In this document: one piece after another, positions 48,240-59,002 of the stretch
Layout of the letters: each line of letters starts with the position of its first letter
Position numbering within the stretch: the first letter of the stretch is position 1
Assembly (NCBI GenBank): GCA_028717645.1
Contig: JAQUNK010000003.1
Span: 13,486-77,485, forward strand
Reading direction: 5' to 3'
DNA: 64,000 nucleotides
Source of the DNA: Candidatus Omnitrophota bacterium
GTDB taxonomy: Bacteria > Omnitrophota > Gorgyraeia > Gygaellales > JAMWDD01
The notes under the pieces: model-generated
The model's input: the letters and a program-made list of their open reading frames with translations, nothing else
Database searches by the model: none
What the model was told of the DNA's origin: nothing
Program-made: the position numbers and the translations under genes

Positions 48240-49276
48240 GGATCCTGATTACCGGCGGTGCCGGCATGGTGGGTTCACATTGTGCAGAACATTTTGCGCA
48301 AAAGAAAGACGATGTTGTCGTGCTCGATAACCTGATGCGCTCGCAGTTATTCGGTTATGACAAAGATTCGGTGGAATTCAACTGGAATTATCTGACCAAA
48401 TATAAGAATATTACCCGCGTAAAAGGTGATGTGCGTAATATCGAAGACGTAGAAAAAGCGATCAAGGATGGAGTCGACGCGGTGATCCATACTGCGGGAC
48501 AACCCGGAGTGCCTTCTTCAGTGAGGATGCCCAGGGAAGATTTCAGCATCAATGCCTACGGCACGCTCAACGTCCTGGAATGCGTCCGGCAGAAAAATAA
48601 GAACGCAGTAATTGTTTATTGCTCGACGAATAAGGTCTACGGCGAAAACGTGGATAAGATACCCTTAAAAGAAAAAGAAAAAAGATATGTCTTTGACGGT
48701 GTCAAGGGCGTTTCCGAATCCATGCTTACTGACCTGACCGGGCACACTCCTTATGGAGTGTCGAAGCTCACTGGGGACCTGTATACCCAGGAATACGGCC
48801 ATATCTATGGTATGCGCACGGGGATATTCCGCATGTCTTGCATTTACGGTACGCGCCAATTCGGTTTCGAAGACCAGGGTTGGGTGGCTTGGTTCATTAT
48901 CGCCACATTGCACAATAAGCCCATTACTATTTACGGAAACGGCAAACAGGTAAGGGACCTTTTGTATGTCGAGGACCTGGCAAAGGCTTTTGATAAATTC
49001 ATCCAGAGCGATCTAAGGGGCGAAGTAATGAATATCGGCGGAGGAGGAGAAAACACCATTTCTCTGCTGGAATTTGTCGATGAATTGGAGAAATTGACCA
49101 AAAAAAGGCCGAAGATCACTTTTAGCGATTGGCGTCCGTCGGACCAGAAAGTTTATGTTTCCGACATTACAAAGGTAAAAAATAAGCTTAACTGGAGCCC
49201 GACAGTGAGCCCTCAAGAAGGCATTGAAAAACTATGGAAGTGGGTCAAGGACAATGAAAGCTGTTTTTCTCGATAG
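48236..49276 (+). CDS. NAD-dependent nucleotide-sugar epimerase, CDP-paratose/tyvelose 2-epimerase-like
   Basis: Extended similarity to Salmonella RfbE/Tyv. STNKVYGE, RQFGFEDQGWVAWF (versus RQFATYDQGWVGWF), YGNGKQVRDLLYVED, PSDQKVYVSDITK and WSPTVSPQEGIEKLWKW. Confidence 0.72.
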   Translation: MRILITGGAGMVGSHCAEHFAQKKDDVVVLDNLMRSQLFGYDKDSVEFNWNYLTKYKNITRVKGDVRNIEDVEKAIKDGVDAVIHTAGQPGVPSSVRMPREDFSINAYGTLNVLECVRQKNKNAVIVYCSTNKVYGENVDKIPLKEKEKRYVFDGVKGVSESMLTDLTGHTPYGVSKLTGDLYTQEYGHIYGMRTGIFRMSCIYGTRQFGFEDQGWVAWFIIATLHNKPITIYGNGKQVRDLLYVEDLAKAFDKFIQSDLRGEVMNIGGGGENTISLLEFVDELEKLTKKRPKITFSDWRPSDQKVYVSDITKVKNKLNWSPTVSPQEGIEKLWKWVKDNESCFSR

Positions 49277-49811
49277 GGATGGAGTGATCAACAAGTACCC
49301 CGGGGATTTCCAGTACGTGACCAGCTGGAAGCAGTTCCAGTTTTTACCGGGGGTAAAAGAAGCAATAAAAAAGCTCACGCAGGCCGGTTTTAAGATATTC
49401 GTTATTTCAAACCAGGCCGGAGTTTCCAAAGGGCTCTATTCCGAAGAGGGACTAAATACTATTACCCGCAATATGTTGGCGGAAATAAAAAAAGAGGGTG
49501 GCAGTATAAATGAAGTGTTTTACTGCACGCATCTAGAAGAAAATAATTGTGCCTGCCGCAAACCAAAGACCGGCCTGATCGACCTGGCGATAAAAAAGTT
49601 AAATAAAGAGAATTTAAGCATGGACTTTTCTCACAGCTTTTTTGTAGGTGATACCATCAGGGACATCCGGACCGGCAAGTCTGCGGGATTAAAAACCATA
49701 CTTGTATTTTCGGGTAAAGAAAAGGCAGAGAATAAAGAAAACTGGCAAATCTCACCTGATTTTGTTGCTTCCGATCTAAAAAGCGCAACCGAGATAATCC
49801 TTGGTGAATAA
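49254..49811 (+). CDS. gmhB: D-glycero-D-manno-heptose 1,7-bisphosphate phosphatase
   Basis: HAD motif I FLDRDGVIN. The GmhB zinc-loop is CTHLEENNCACRKPK. The start was chosen at MKAVFLDRDG (49254). Confidence 0.8.
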   Translation: MKAVFLDRDGVINKYPGDFQYVTSWKQFQFLPGVKEAIKKLTQAGFKIFVISNQAGVSKGLYSEEGLNTITRNMLAEIKKEGGSINEVFYCTHLEENNCACRKPKTGLIDLAIKKLNKENLSMDFSHSFFVGDTIRDIRTGKSAGLKTILVFSGKEKAENKENWQISPDFVASDLKSATEIILGE

Positions 49812-50910
49812 TCCTGGAAAGAAAGCACTTATTGTTTATGCCTCTGCAGGCGCCGGACACTTTAAGGCCGCAGAAGCGCTTTACTATTACCTAAAAGAAG
49901 GTAATAAAGGCATAGCGTTAACTTTGGTCGATGTCCTGGAAAAGACCAATTGGTTTTTCAGCACTTTTTATGTTTGGGGGTATTCCTTCCTGGTCAACCG
50001 CGCCGTATTTTTATGGCGGTTCTCATTCTGGTTCACTTCTTGGCCGGCCATACGTAAAATTACCCAGCCTATCGCACGTTTCTTGAATAGGGTAAATTCC
50101 CCAGGATTTAGTGACTATCTTATCAAGGAAAATCCGGATCTGATCATTTCTACGCATTTCCTGCCTTCCGAGGTCGCCTGTGGCCTGAAAAATGAAGGCA
50201 AAATAACCTCAAAAGTAATTACGGTAATCACGGATTTCGGAGTACATCCGTTTTGGCTGGCTTCCGGAACTGATGAATATATCGTGGCCTCCGGATCTAC
50301 CAGGGATAAACTTATCCGCGAAGGCGTGCCTCAAGAAAAAATAAAGGTATTGGGGATCCCGGTGCATCCAAAATTCTTTGCAGCCAAAGATAGAAATACT
50401 TTGTGCGCCAGATTCGGTCTAAATAAGGCTAAATTTACTGTTTTACTTGTCACGGGTTCTTTTGGTATCGGCCCGTTAGAAGAAATCGTGCGTTTATTGC
50501 ACGATGACCTGCAGGTTCTGGTAGTTTGCGCCAGGAATAAAAGGCTGTATGAGCGGCTGAAGAAGAAAAATTATCCGGGCGTTCATGTTTACGCATTCGT
50601 AGATAACATAGAAGAATTGATGGTGGTTTCCGACCTGATCATTACAAAGCCTGGCGGCTTAAGCTCGGCAGAGATCATTGTTTCTGAATTAGTCCCGGTA
50701 TTTATCCATCCTATCCCGGGGCAGGAAACGGAAAACATGCGGGTATTGGCGGATTACGGAATAGGCGTTTACGCCAAGAACGCGCAAGAGGTAAAAGAAA
50801 TAGTTTTGGATTACCGGCAAGATCCTTTAAAAATAGAGCGTATAAAAAATAATATCAGGGAACTGAAAAAATCTTTCCGGCCCAAGGAGTTCTGCGATGG
50901 CATTTGCTAA
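49801..50910 (+). CDS. GT28-type glycosyltransferase (MGDG synthase / UgtP-like diacylglycerol glycosyltransferase)
   Basis: The N-terminus KKALIVYASAGAGHFKAAEALYYYL resembles the UgtP/MGD N-terminal domain. A GT-B C-terminal domain is present. Confidence 0.6.
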   Translation: MVNNPGKKALIVYASAGAGHFKAAEALYYYLKEGNKGIALTLVDVLEKTNWFFSTFYVWGYSFLVNRAVFLWRFSFWFTSWPAIRKITQPIARFLNRVNSPGFSDYLIKENPDLIISTHFLPSEVACGLKNEGKITSKVITVITDFGVHPFWLASGTDEYIVASGSTRDKLIREGVPQEKIKVLGIPVHPKFFAAKDRNTLCARFGLNKAKFTVLLVTGSFGIGPLEEIVRLLHDDLQVLVVCARNKRLYERLKKKNYPGVHVYAFVDNIEELMVVSDLIITKPGGLSSAEIIVSELVPVFIHPIPGQETENMRVLADYGIGVYAKNAQEVKEIVLDYRQDPLKIERIKNNIRELKKSFRPKEFCDGIC

Positions 50911-52744
50911 TGTCATTTTTGGCCTGCCCATAGAAGGGGAGTTTGATTATTCCATACCCGCGTACCTTGCGCCAAAAGCGAAAAAAGGTATGCGCACCTG
51001 GGCCAATTTCAATAATAAAAAAATGCTGGGTTATATCGTGGGCCTGTCCAAGACAAGCAAAATAACCCCGGTAAAACCTTTATTGGATATACCCGACGAA
51101 CAACCTGTTTTATCTGGCAGGTTGCTGAAATTGGCGAAAGAAGTCTCGGAATATTACGGTTGTTCCTGGGGTGAAGCTATCGAATCCAGCGTACCTGAGG
51201 CTGTCAGGCAATCGCGGGGAAAACTAGAAATAGAAAACGCCCGTTCAAATGAACCGGGTATCCGATCGGACATTACCCTTATTCATGATGCAGATAAAAC
51301 CGGGCGCTGGGATATTTATTTAAAAGAGATCCAAAAGGCCCTGGACAAAAAACAATCGGTGTTATTCTTGAATACTGACCTTAACCGCGCGCGTAAAGCA
51401 GAAGAGGCAGTGCTTAAGAAATTCGATTGTTCCATTGTCTTTATGCATCGGGGAGTGGGAGTAAAGAAAAGCATTGAGGATTGGCTCAGGATCAAGAACC
51501 AAAAAGCGGATATCGTTTTGGGGGTGATGTCCGCTGTATTCGCGCCGCTAGAAAATCTTGGCTTGATCATCATTGATGAAGAGGAATCACAGAATTATAA
51601 GAACGACCAAGTTCCGCATTATCATTCTCGTGATGTCGCCATAGCCCGGGCCAAAATAGAAAATGCCAGGATTATCCTGGCCAGCGCTTCCCCGTCCTTA
51701 GAAATGCTGCATTTAGTAAGGCAGGGTAAGGCCGGTTATCTCTTTTTGGAAAAGAAGCATTATCCCCAGGTGCAGGTCATGGATATGCGCCGCGAAAGAA
51801 GTAATTTTAAGAAGAAAGATGTTTTACTGTCGGGCTCTCTCGGCGTGGCCCTGAACCAGGCGTTAGAGAATAAAGGCAAGGCACTGATATTCGTAAATAA
51901 AAAAGGGTTCGCCTCTTCGGCGTATTGCAAGAACTGTAATTTTATTATGCGCTGCCCCAGGTGCGGCATTATCCTTACTTACCACTTTAAAGAAAATTCG
52001 CTTATCTGCCACTATTGTAATTATAAGATCGATGCGCCGATGATCTGCCCGCAGTGTAATTCTAGTTATATCCGTTATTCCGGAGCAGGCGCAGAAAAGA
52101 TAGAAAGTGAGTTGCATCGTCTTTATCCTAATGCTAAAATAGCAAAGATAGACGATCCCAGGGATTTTAAGCCGGATGAAGCCGACATATTTATTTCTAC
52201 ACAGATAATCCTAAAGGCTGAGGCAGCGCATTTTGGCCTGGTGGGCATCGTTTCGGTGGATAATATCCTTAACCGCGTGGACTTTCGTTCTGCCGAAAAA
52301 GCCTTTTCTCTTCTGGTAGGATTATTAAACCTGGCAGAAAAATCGCTTTTTATCCAGACCAATATACCAAAGCACTATTGTTTCGAGGCATTAATAAAAC
52401 AGGATTTCAAATTATTTTACGATGAAGAACTCCGCTTAAGGAAACAACTTGATTTTCCGCCGTTCAAACATTTTATCCTGATAAAGGTGCGCGGCCGGGA
52501 GGCCCTGAAAGTAGAGTCGAAGGCAAAAGATATTTTTGCGCTTTTAAGCCGCGAAAGTAAAGAAAAATCCAGTGCTGTGCTGAACGTAAATCCGGCTGAG
52601 CACCCGAAATTACGGGATAATTTTTACTGGCAGATATTGGTAAGTTCGACTAACCCTAAATCGTCGATAAGATTTATCCGGAAAAGTTTAAAAAAAGTTT
52701 CACATTCAGGTTTGATCATAACCATAGATACCGACCCCTTATAA
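50897..52744 (+). CDS. priA: primosomal protein N' (PriA) homolog with degenerate helicase ATPase motifs
   Basis: The N-terminal 3'-DNA-binding domain is ANVIFGLPIEGEFDYSIP...GMRTWANF...GYIVGL. The Cys-rich zinc region is CPRCGIILTYH...CHYCNYKID...CPQCN. Walker A is replaced by DADKTGRW and Walker B reads DEEE. Confidence 0.78.
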   Translation: MAFANVIFGLPIEGEFDYSIPAYLAPKAKKGMRTWANFNNKKMLGYIVGLSKTSKITPVKPLLDIPDEQPVLSGRLLKLAKEVSEYYGCSWGEAIESSVPEAVRQSRGKLEIENARSNEPGIRSDITLIHDADKTGRWDIYLKEIQKALDKKQSVLFLNTDLNRARKAEEAVLKKFDCSIVFMHRGVGVKKSIEDWLRIKNQKADIVLGVMSAVFAPLENLGLIIIDEEESQNYKNDQVPHYHSRDVAIARAKIENARIILASASPSLEMLHLVRQGKAGYLFLEKKHYPQVQVMDMRRERSNFKKKDVLLSGSLGVALNQALENKGKALIFVNKKGFASSAYCKNCNFIMRCPRCGIILTYHFKENSLICHYCNYKIDAPMICPQCNSSYIRYSGAGAEKIESELHRLYPNAKIAKIDDPRDFKPDEADIFISTQIILKAEAAHFGLVGIVSVDNILNRVDFRSAEKAFSLLVGLLNLAEKSLFIQTNIPKHYCFEALIKQDFKLFYDEELRLRKQLDFPPFKHFILIKVRGREALKVESKAKDIFALLSRESKEKSSAVLNVNPAEHPKLRDNFYWQILVSSTNPKSSIRFIRKSLKKVSHSGLIITIDTDPL

Positions 52745-52747
52745 AAG

Positions 52748-53683
52748 ATGAATATCGTATTTTTTGGCAGTTCAGAATTCGCAGTAGAATCCTTAAGCAG
52801 GCTCGTCAGCACTAAGGCTCATCGGCTGATCTTTGTGGTTACGCAGCCGGATAAAAAGCAGGGGCGGGGGATGAAGTTATCTTCTACGGCAATAAAAAAT
52901 TACGCTTTAGAACATAGTATCCCTGTTTATCAGCCCCGGTATCTGCGCTCTAAAGAGACGCTGGAATATTTACGCAACCTTAAGCCCGAAATTTTTGTCG
53001 TTATCGCCTACGGAAAAATATTGCCGCAGGAGCTCTTGGATATCCCCAAACTCTTTGCCATAAACCTGCACGCATCGCTTTTACCTAAATACCGGGGGGC
53101 TGCTCCGATCAATTGGGCGATCATTAACGGCGAAAAAGAAACCGGGGTAACCATAATAAAAATGAGCGTAGCCTTGGATGCCGGTGAGATCATCGCGCAG
53201 AAAAAAGTAAATATCGGCGATGATGATACTGCGCCTTCCTTAGAAAAAAAACTTGCATTCTTAGGCAGCGACCTGCTCCTGGAGACCTTAGAAAAAATCG
53301 TAAATAATCAATATACATTGGCCCGGCAAGATGAGGAAAAAGTGACTTTGGCGCCTCTGCTTAACAAAAACGACGGCCTGATCAATTGGAAATTGGCGGC
53401 ACAAAAATTGCATGACCTTATCCGAGGGACACAAGCCTGGCCGGGCGCCTTTACGCATTATCAGGCTAAAGTAATTAAGCTTTGGGAATCAGCTTTGGAC
53501 CTTGAAGTAGCTCCTGGTAAAGAACCGGGTGAAATTATCGCTTTATCTAAAGAAGGTATCCTGGTAAAAACCGGCAAGGATAATCTTCTAATAAAGCAGC
53601 TGCAGCCTGAGTCAGGCAAAAGAATGTCGGCTTATGATTTTTTGCAGGGGCACAAACTAAGAACAGGGGATAAATTCTTATAA
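52748..53683 (+). CDS. fmt: methionyl-tRNA formyltransferase
   Basis: MNIVFFGSSEFAVESL N-terminus. The formyltransferase core is NLHASLLPKYRGAAPINWAII. A C-terminal domain is present. Confidence 0.9.
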   Translation: MNIVFFGSSEFAVESLSRLVSTKAHRLIFVVTQPDKKQGRGMKLSSTAIKNYALEHSIPVYQPRYLRSKETLEYLRNLKPEIFVVIAYGKILPQELLDIPKLFAINLHASLLPKYRGAAPINWAIINGEKETGVTIIKMSVALDAGEIIAQKKVNIGDDDTAPSLEKKLAFLGSDLLLETLEKIVNNQYTLARQDEEKVTLAPLLNKNDGLINWKLAAQKLHDLIRGTQAWPGAFTHYQAKVIKLWESALDLEVAPGKEPGEIIALSKEGILVKTGKDNLLIKQLQPESGKRMSAYDFLQGHKLRTGDKFL

Positions 53684-54762
53684 TGCCAAAAAAAGAAGTC
53701 TTATTATTAAGCGACGCCAAAGCGGGCCACCAGAACCAGTCCCGCGCACTTACGCAGGAACTGGAATCATTAGAAAATAACGGTTCGCTTTCCGTCAAAA
53801 GGATCCGGATAACCTTCAAGACAAAAGGCAGGGAAAAGTTTTTTTCGCTTTTTGTTTTTCTGGCCTATCCGTTTATTCAAAAAAGTATACCTTTCTTAAA
53901 TTTCTTTTTAGGCCAAGATACTATCGCCCAAATAGAAAAATTAAAACCGGATATAATAATCTCTGCGGGTTCAAGCCTCGTACCCTTTACACTACTGCTT
54001 TCTAAAATACATAAAGCAAGGAAGGTCATTCTGATGCGCCCGGCATTTCCTTTCAGCCTTTTTGCTTATGATCTGGCGATCGTACCCAGGCATGATGCCG
54101 GGCCCAGAGTAAAGGGGAGCCTCGAGCGGATCCTGGCGCTTTCGCCTTTTGACAAAAATCTTATTCAGGCCGAATCGGAAAGCCTGAAAAAAAGATTACC
54201 CCGCCCAGAAAAGGCACAAATAGGTATTTTGATCGGCGGGGATTCCAAGAATTATAGGTTCAATAGGCAAAAAATGAATGCGGCAATAGACCAAATTATC
54301 CTGGCCTGTAAAAAAATGGACTTGGATTTTATTGCCACTACCTGCCGGCGTACACCGAAAGATTACGAAGAAGAACTGGGAGAAAAACTTAAAAATAACC
54401 GTTCCTGTGCCTTGCTGATCTTATCCAATAAAGAAACGGCGACAAACGTAGTTTCTGCGATGATCGGATTATGCAAGGTAATCATTGCCACGGAAGAAAG
54501 TATTTCCATGATTTCAGAACCGATCAACGCCGGCAGAAAAACGGTCATCCTTAAGCTCAATAACGGGATTTATCATAAATATGCGCGTTTTCATCGCTTG
54601 TTGAGCGGTAACAACCTGGCCCATATTTCCGGTGTAGATAATTTAGCGGATAAGATTATCGAGGTCTATAAGCATGGCCTTTATGACCTGGACGAAAAAG
54701 GAAAGAAAATACTTCAAGGAGAGGCTCAGGCCTTGAGGCAGCGCCTGGGACAGCTCTTATGA
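53683..54762 (+). CDS. hypothetical protein, ELM1/DUF1022-like (predicted GT-B-like fold)
   Basis: The N-terminus LLLSDAKAGHQNQSRAL resembles bacterial ELM1-family proteins (SDG.AG.ENQ). Length 359 aa. Weak call. Confidence 0.4.
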   Translation: MPKKEVLLLSDAKAGHQNQSRALTQELESLENNGSLSVKRIRITFKTKGREKFFSLFVFLAYPFIQKSIPFLNFFLGQDTIAQIEKLKPDIIISAGSSLVPFTLLLSKIHKARKVILMRPAFPFSLFAYDLAIVPRHDAGPRVKGSLERILALSPFDKNLIQAESESLKKRLPRPEKAQIGILIGGDSKNYRFNRQKMNAAIDQIILACKKMDLDFIATTCRRTPKDYEEELGEKLKNNRSCALLILSNKETATNVVSAMIGLCKVIIATEESISMISEPINAGRKTVILKLNNGIYHKYARFHRLLSGNNLAHISGVDNLADKIIEVYKHGLYDLDEKGKKILQGEAQALRQRLGQLL

Positions 54763-55847
54763 AAATCCTGCTTATTCATCCCTACGGGATCGGCGATGTC
54801 CTGTTTATGACGCCTCTGATCAGGGCGATAAAACAACAGCTGAACGTAGAATATATCGATGCGATCATTGGTTCGCGCACCAAGCAGATCCTGGAAAATA
54901 ACCCGCATATCCACGAATTATTTATTATCGATAAAGATAAATGGAAGAAACTCGGCTGGTTAAGGACGTGTTTGGAAAAAAGAAGGCTTTATCAAAAGCT
55001 GGAGGCGCGGCATTACGACGTATTAATCGATTTTTCTTTAAGAAAAGAGTATGCCCGGTGGCTGCGCGGTTTAAGGATCCCTAAGCGCATTGGTTTTAAC
55101 CATGAAGGCCGTGGAAAATACCTTAATTTCCGCCTGGATATCCCCCAGGGAGGCTTCCAGGCAAAACACGCCATAGAATTTTATGCAGAATTAGGAAAAT
55201 TTTTAGGGGTTACCGTAGCAGATAAACGTTTAGAATTTAAATTATCTACCGCTACTTTGGAAAAGGCCGGACAACTGCTTGAAGACTACGCAATAGCCCC
55301 GGAAGAAAAAATATTGGCAGTAGTCCCCGGTTCAGGTTCATCCTGGGGAAAAGATGCATATCTAAAACAATGGCCGGTGCAGCATTTTTCCGGGCTGATC
55401 ACCAAAATAGCGCAGGATATTGATTTTAGCGCTGTGGTTATTCTGGGTTCGGACCAAGAAAACAGTATCGCTGAAAAATTAAAACAAGGGATCGCTAAAA
55501 AAGCGATAAATCTCTGCGGAAAAACGGATTTAGCCACGAGCGCGGCGATCGTAAAGAAGGCAGTGCTCCTTTTGGCCAATGACGGAGGCATGGTGCATAT
55601 TGCTTCCAGCCTTGACACACCTTTGATCGCTATTTATGGCCCGGTTGACCCAATAGTCTACGGACCATATCCTAAGAGTGAAAAGGCCATAGCCATTTTT
55701 AAGGAAGGGCCTGCCTGCCGGCCCTGTTATTTTAATTTTAGCTATGAAAGCGACTGCCCACAACACGCCTGCCTCCAGGATTTTACGCCCCTAGAAGCCT
55801 ATCAGCAGATCCAAGAGAAACATTTTTTAAAAAATCTTGTAAAGTAA
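54759..55847 (+). CDS. GT9 ADP-heptose:LPS heptosyltransferase family
   Basis: MKILLIHPYGIGDVLFMTPLIRAIK N-terminus. LLLANDGGMVHIAS and the GPVDP motifs. Confidence 0.75.
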   Translation: MKILLIHPYGIGDVLFMTPLIRAIKQQLNVEYIDAIIGSRTKQILENNPHIHELFIIDKDKWKKLGWLRTCLEKRRLYQKLEARHYDVLIDFSLRKEYARWLRGLRIPKRIGFNHEGRGKYLNFRLDIPQGGFQAKHAIEFYAELGKFLGVTVADKRLEFKLSTATLEKAGQLLEDYAIAPEEKILAVVPGSGSSWGKDAYLKQWPVQHFSGLITKIAQDIDFSAVVILGSDQENSIAEKLKQGIAKKAINLCGKTDLATSAAIVKKAVLLLANDGGMVHIASSLDTPLIAIYGPVDPIVYGPYPKSEKAIAIFKEGPACRPCYFNFSYESDCPQHACLQDFTPLEAYQQIQEKHFLKNLVK

Positions 55848-55864
55848 GATTTTTGTGCTATAAT
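55837..55864 (+). promoter_or_regulatory. candidate promoter TTGTAA, 16-nt spacer, TG-n-TATAAT, only 7 nt upstream of the galT-like ATG
   Basis: TTGTAA at 55837-55842, a 16-nt spacer, then an extended -10 TGCTATAAT (TATAAT at 55859-55864). The ATG is at 55872 with no SD in between. Confidence 0.3.
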
Positions 55865-55871
55865 CACGCGT

Positions 55872-56897
55872 ATGCCAGAGTTAAGAAAAGACCCAATTAT
55901 CGGACGGTGGGTGATTATTTCTACGGAACGTTCTAAACGTCCCGACCAGTTTGCGAACAGCGGTGAGGGACCCACAGAACAAGAATGTCCTTTCTGCGAA
56001 GGCTCCGAATCAAAGACCCCTGCGGAAATATACGCCATCAGGCCGCACCATTCAGAGCCGAATACGCCCGGATGGAAACTGCGGGTGGTATCCAGTATCG
56101 CGCCATTTTTAAGGATCGAAGGTGAACTTGAACGCCAGGGCAAGGGCCTTTACGATATGATGAACGGCGTAGGCGCACACGAGATTATCGTCGAAACAAA
56201 CCAGCATATCAATAATATCTGCGACCTTAACGAAGAGGATATTGCCAAGGTTTTTACCTCTTATATTGACAGGATCACCGACCTGGAAAAGGACCAGCGT
56301 TTTAAATATGTCCTGGTTTTTAAAAACTATGGTTGGTCTGCCGGCGGCGGGCGGATCAGGCATTCGCGTTCGCAGCTGATCGCGACTCCCGTCAACCCGA
56401 AAAGGGTCAAAGAAGAGCTAGCAGGTTCGCACGCCTATTATAATTATCACGAAAGATGCATTTTCTGCGATCTTATAAAGCAGGAAATGGATACTAAAGA
56501 AAGAATTATACTGGAAGCAGACGGATTTATTGCCGTTTGTCCATTTGCGGCAAGATTTCCTTTTGAGGTATGGATCCTGCCAAAAAAACACTCTTGCGAT
56601 TTTACTTCTCTGGATATGCCCATGAGGTTGAATTTAGCCTATATCATGAAACAGGTACTTTCGAAATTAAAGAAAGGCCTGAATGACCCGCCTTACAACT
56701 ATATCTTGCATACTGCTCCGTTCAGGCGTCCGTCCAAGGCAGGATACTGGAAAACCATAGACCGCGATTACCATTGGCATATCGAAATTATGCCGCGCAT
56801 AACCCGCGTAGCCGGTTTTGAATGGGGCACAGGATTTTATATCTGTCCCTTGCCGCCGGAAGATGCGGCGAAATTCTTAAGGGAGATAAAGGTATAA
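55872..56897 (+). CDS. GalT-like HIT-family hexose-1-phosphate nucleotidyltransferase paralog with non-canonical H-S-R active-site motif
   Basis: Zn-site CPFCEG. The fold aligns over its whole length with the downstream canonical copy. The motif at residues 164-168 is HSRSQ instead of HPHxQ. Confidence 0.75.
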   Translation: MPELRKDPIIGRWVIISTERSKRPDQFANSGEGPTEQECPFCEGSESKTPAEIYAIRPHHSEPNTPGWKLRVVSSIAPFLRIEGELERQGKGLYDMMNGVGAHEIIVETNQHINNICDLNEEDIAKVFTSYIDRITDLEKDQRFKYVLVFKNYGWSAGGGRIRHSRSQLIATPVNPKRVKEELAGSHAYYNYHERCIFCDLIKQEMDTKERIILEADGFIAVCPFAARFPFEVWILPKKHSCDFTSLDMPMRLNLAYIMKQVLSKLKKGLNDPPYNYILHTAPFRRPSKAGYWKTIDRDYHWHIEIMPRITRVAGFEWGTGFYICPLPPEDAAKFLREIKV

Positions 56898-56898
56898 A

Positions 56899-58931
<2,033 letters not shown>

Positions 58932-58960
58932 TATTAGTTCTATGAATCTGAATTAACGAT

Positions 58961-58996
58961 AAGGGCAGCTCTTAAAGGGTTGCCCTTATTTTTTTT
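58961..58996 (+). terminator. Rho-independent terminator after gap
   Basis: Inverted repeat AAGGGCAG...TTGCCCTT forms an 8-bp stem including one G-U pair. It is followed by an 8-T run at 58989-58996. Confidence 0.55.
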
Positions 58997-59002
58997 AAAA
59001 AT

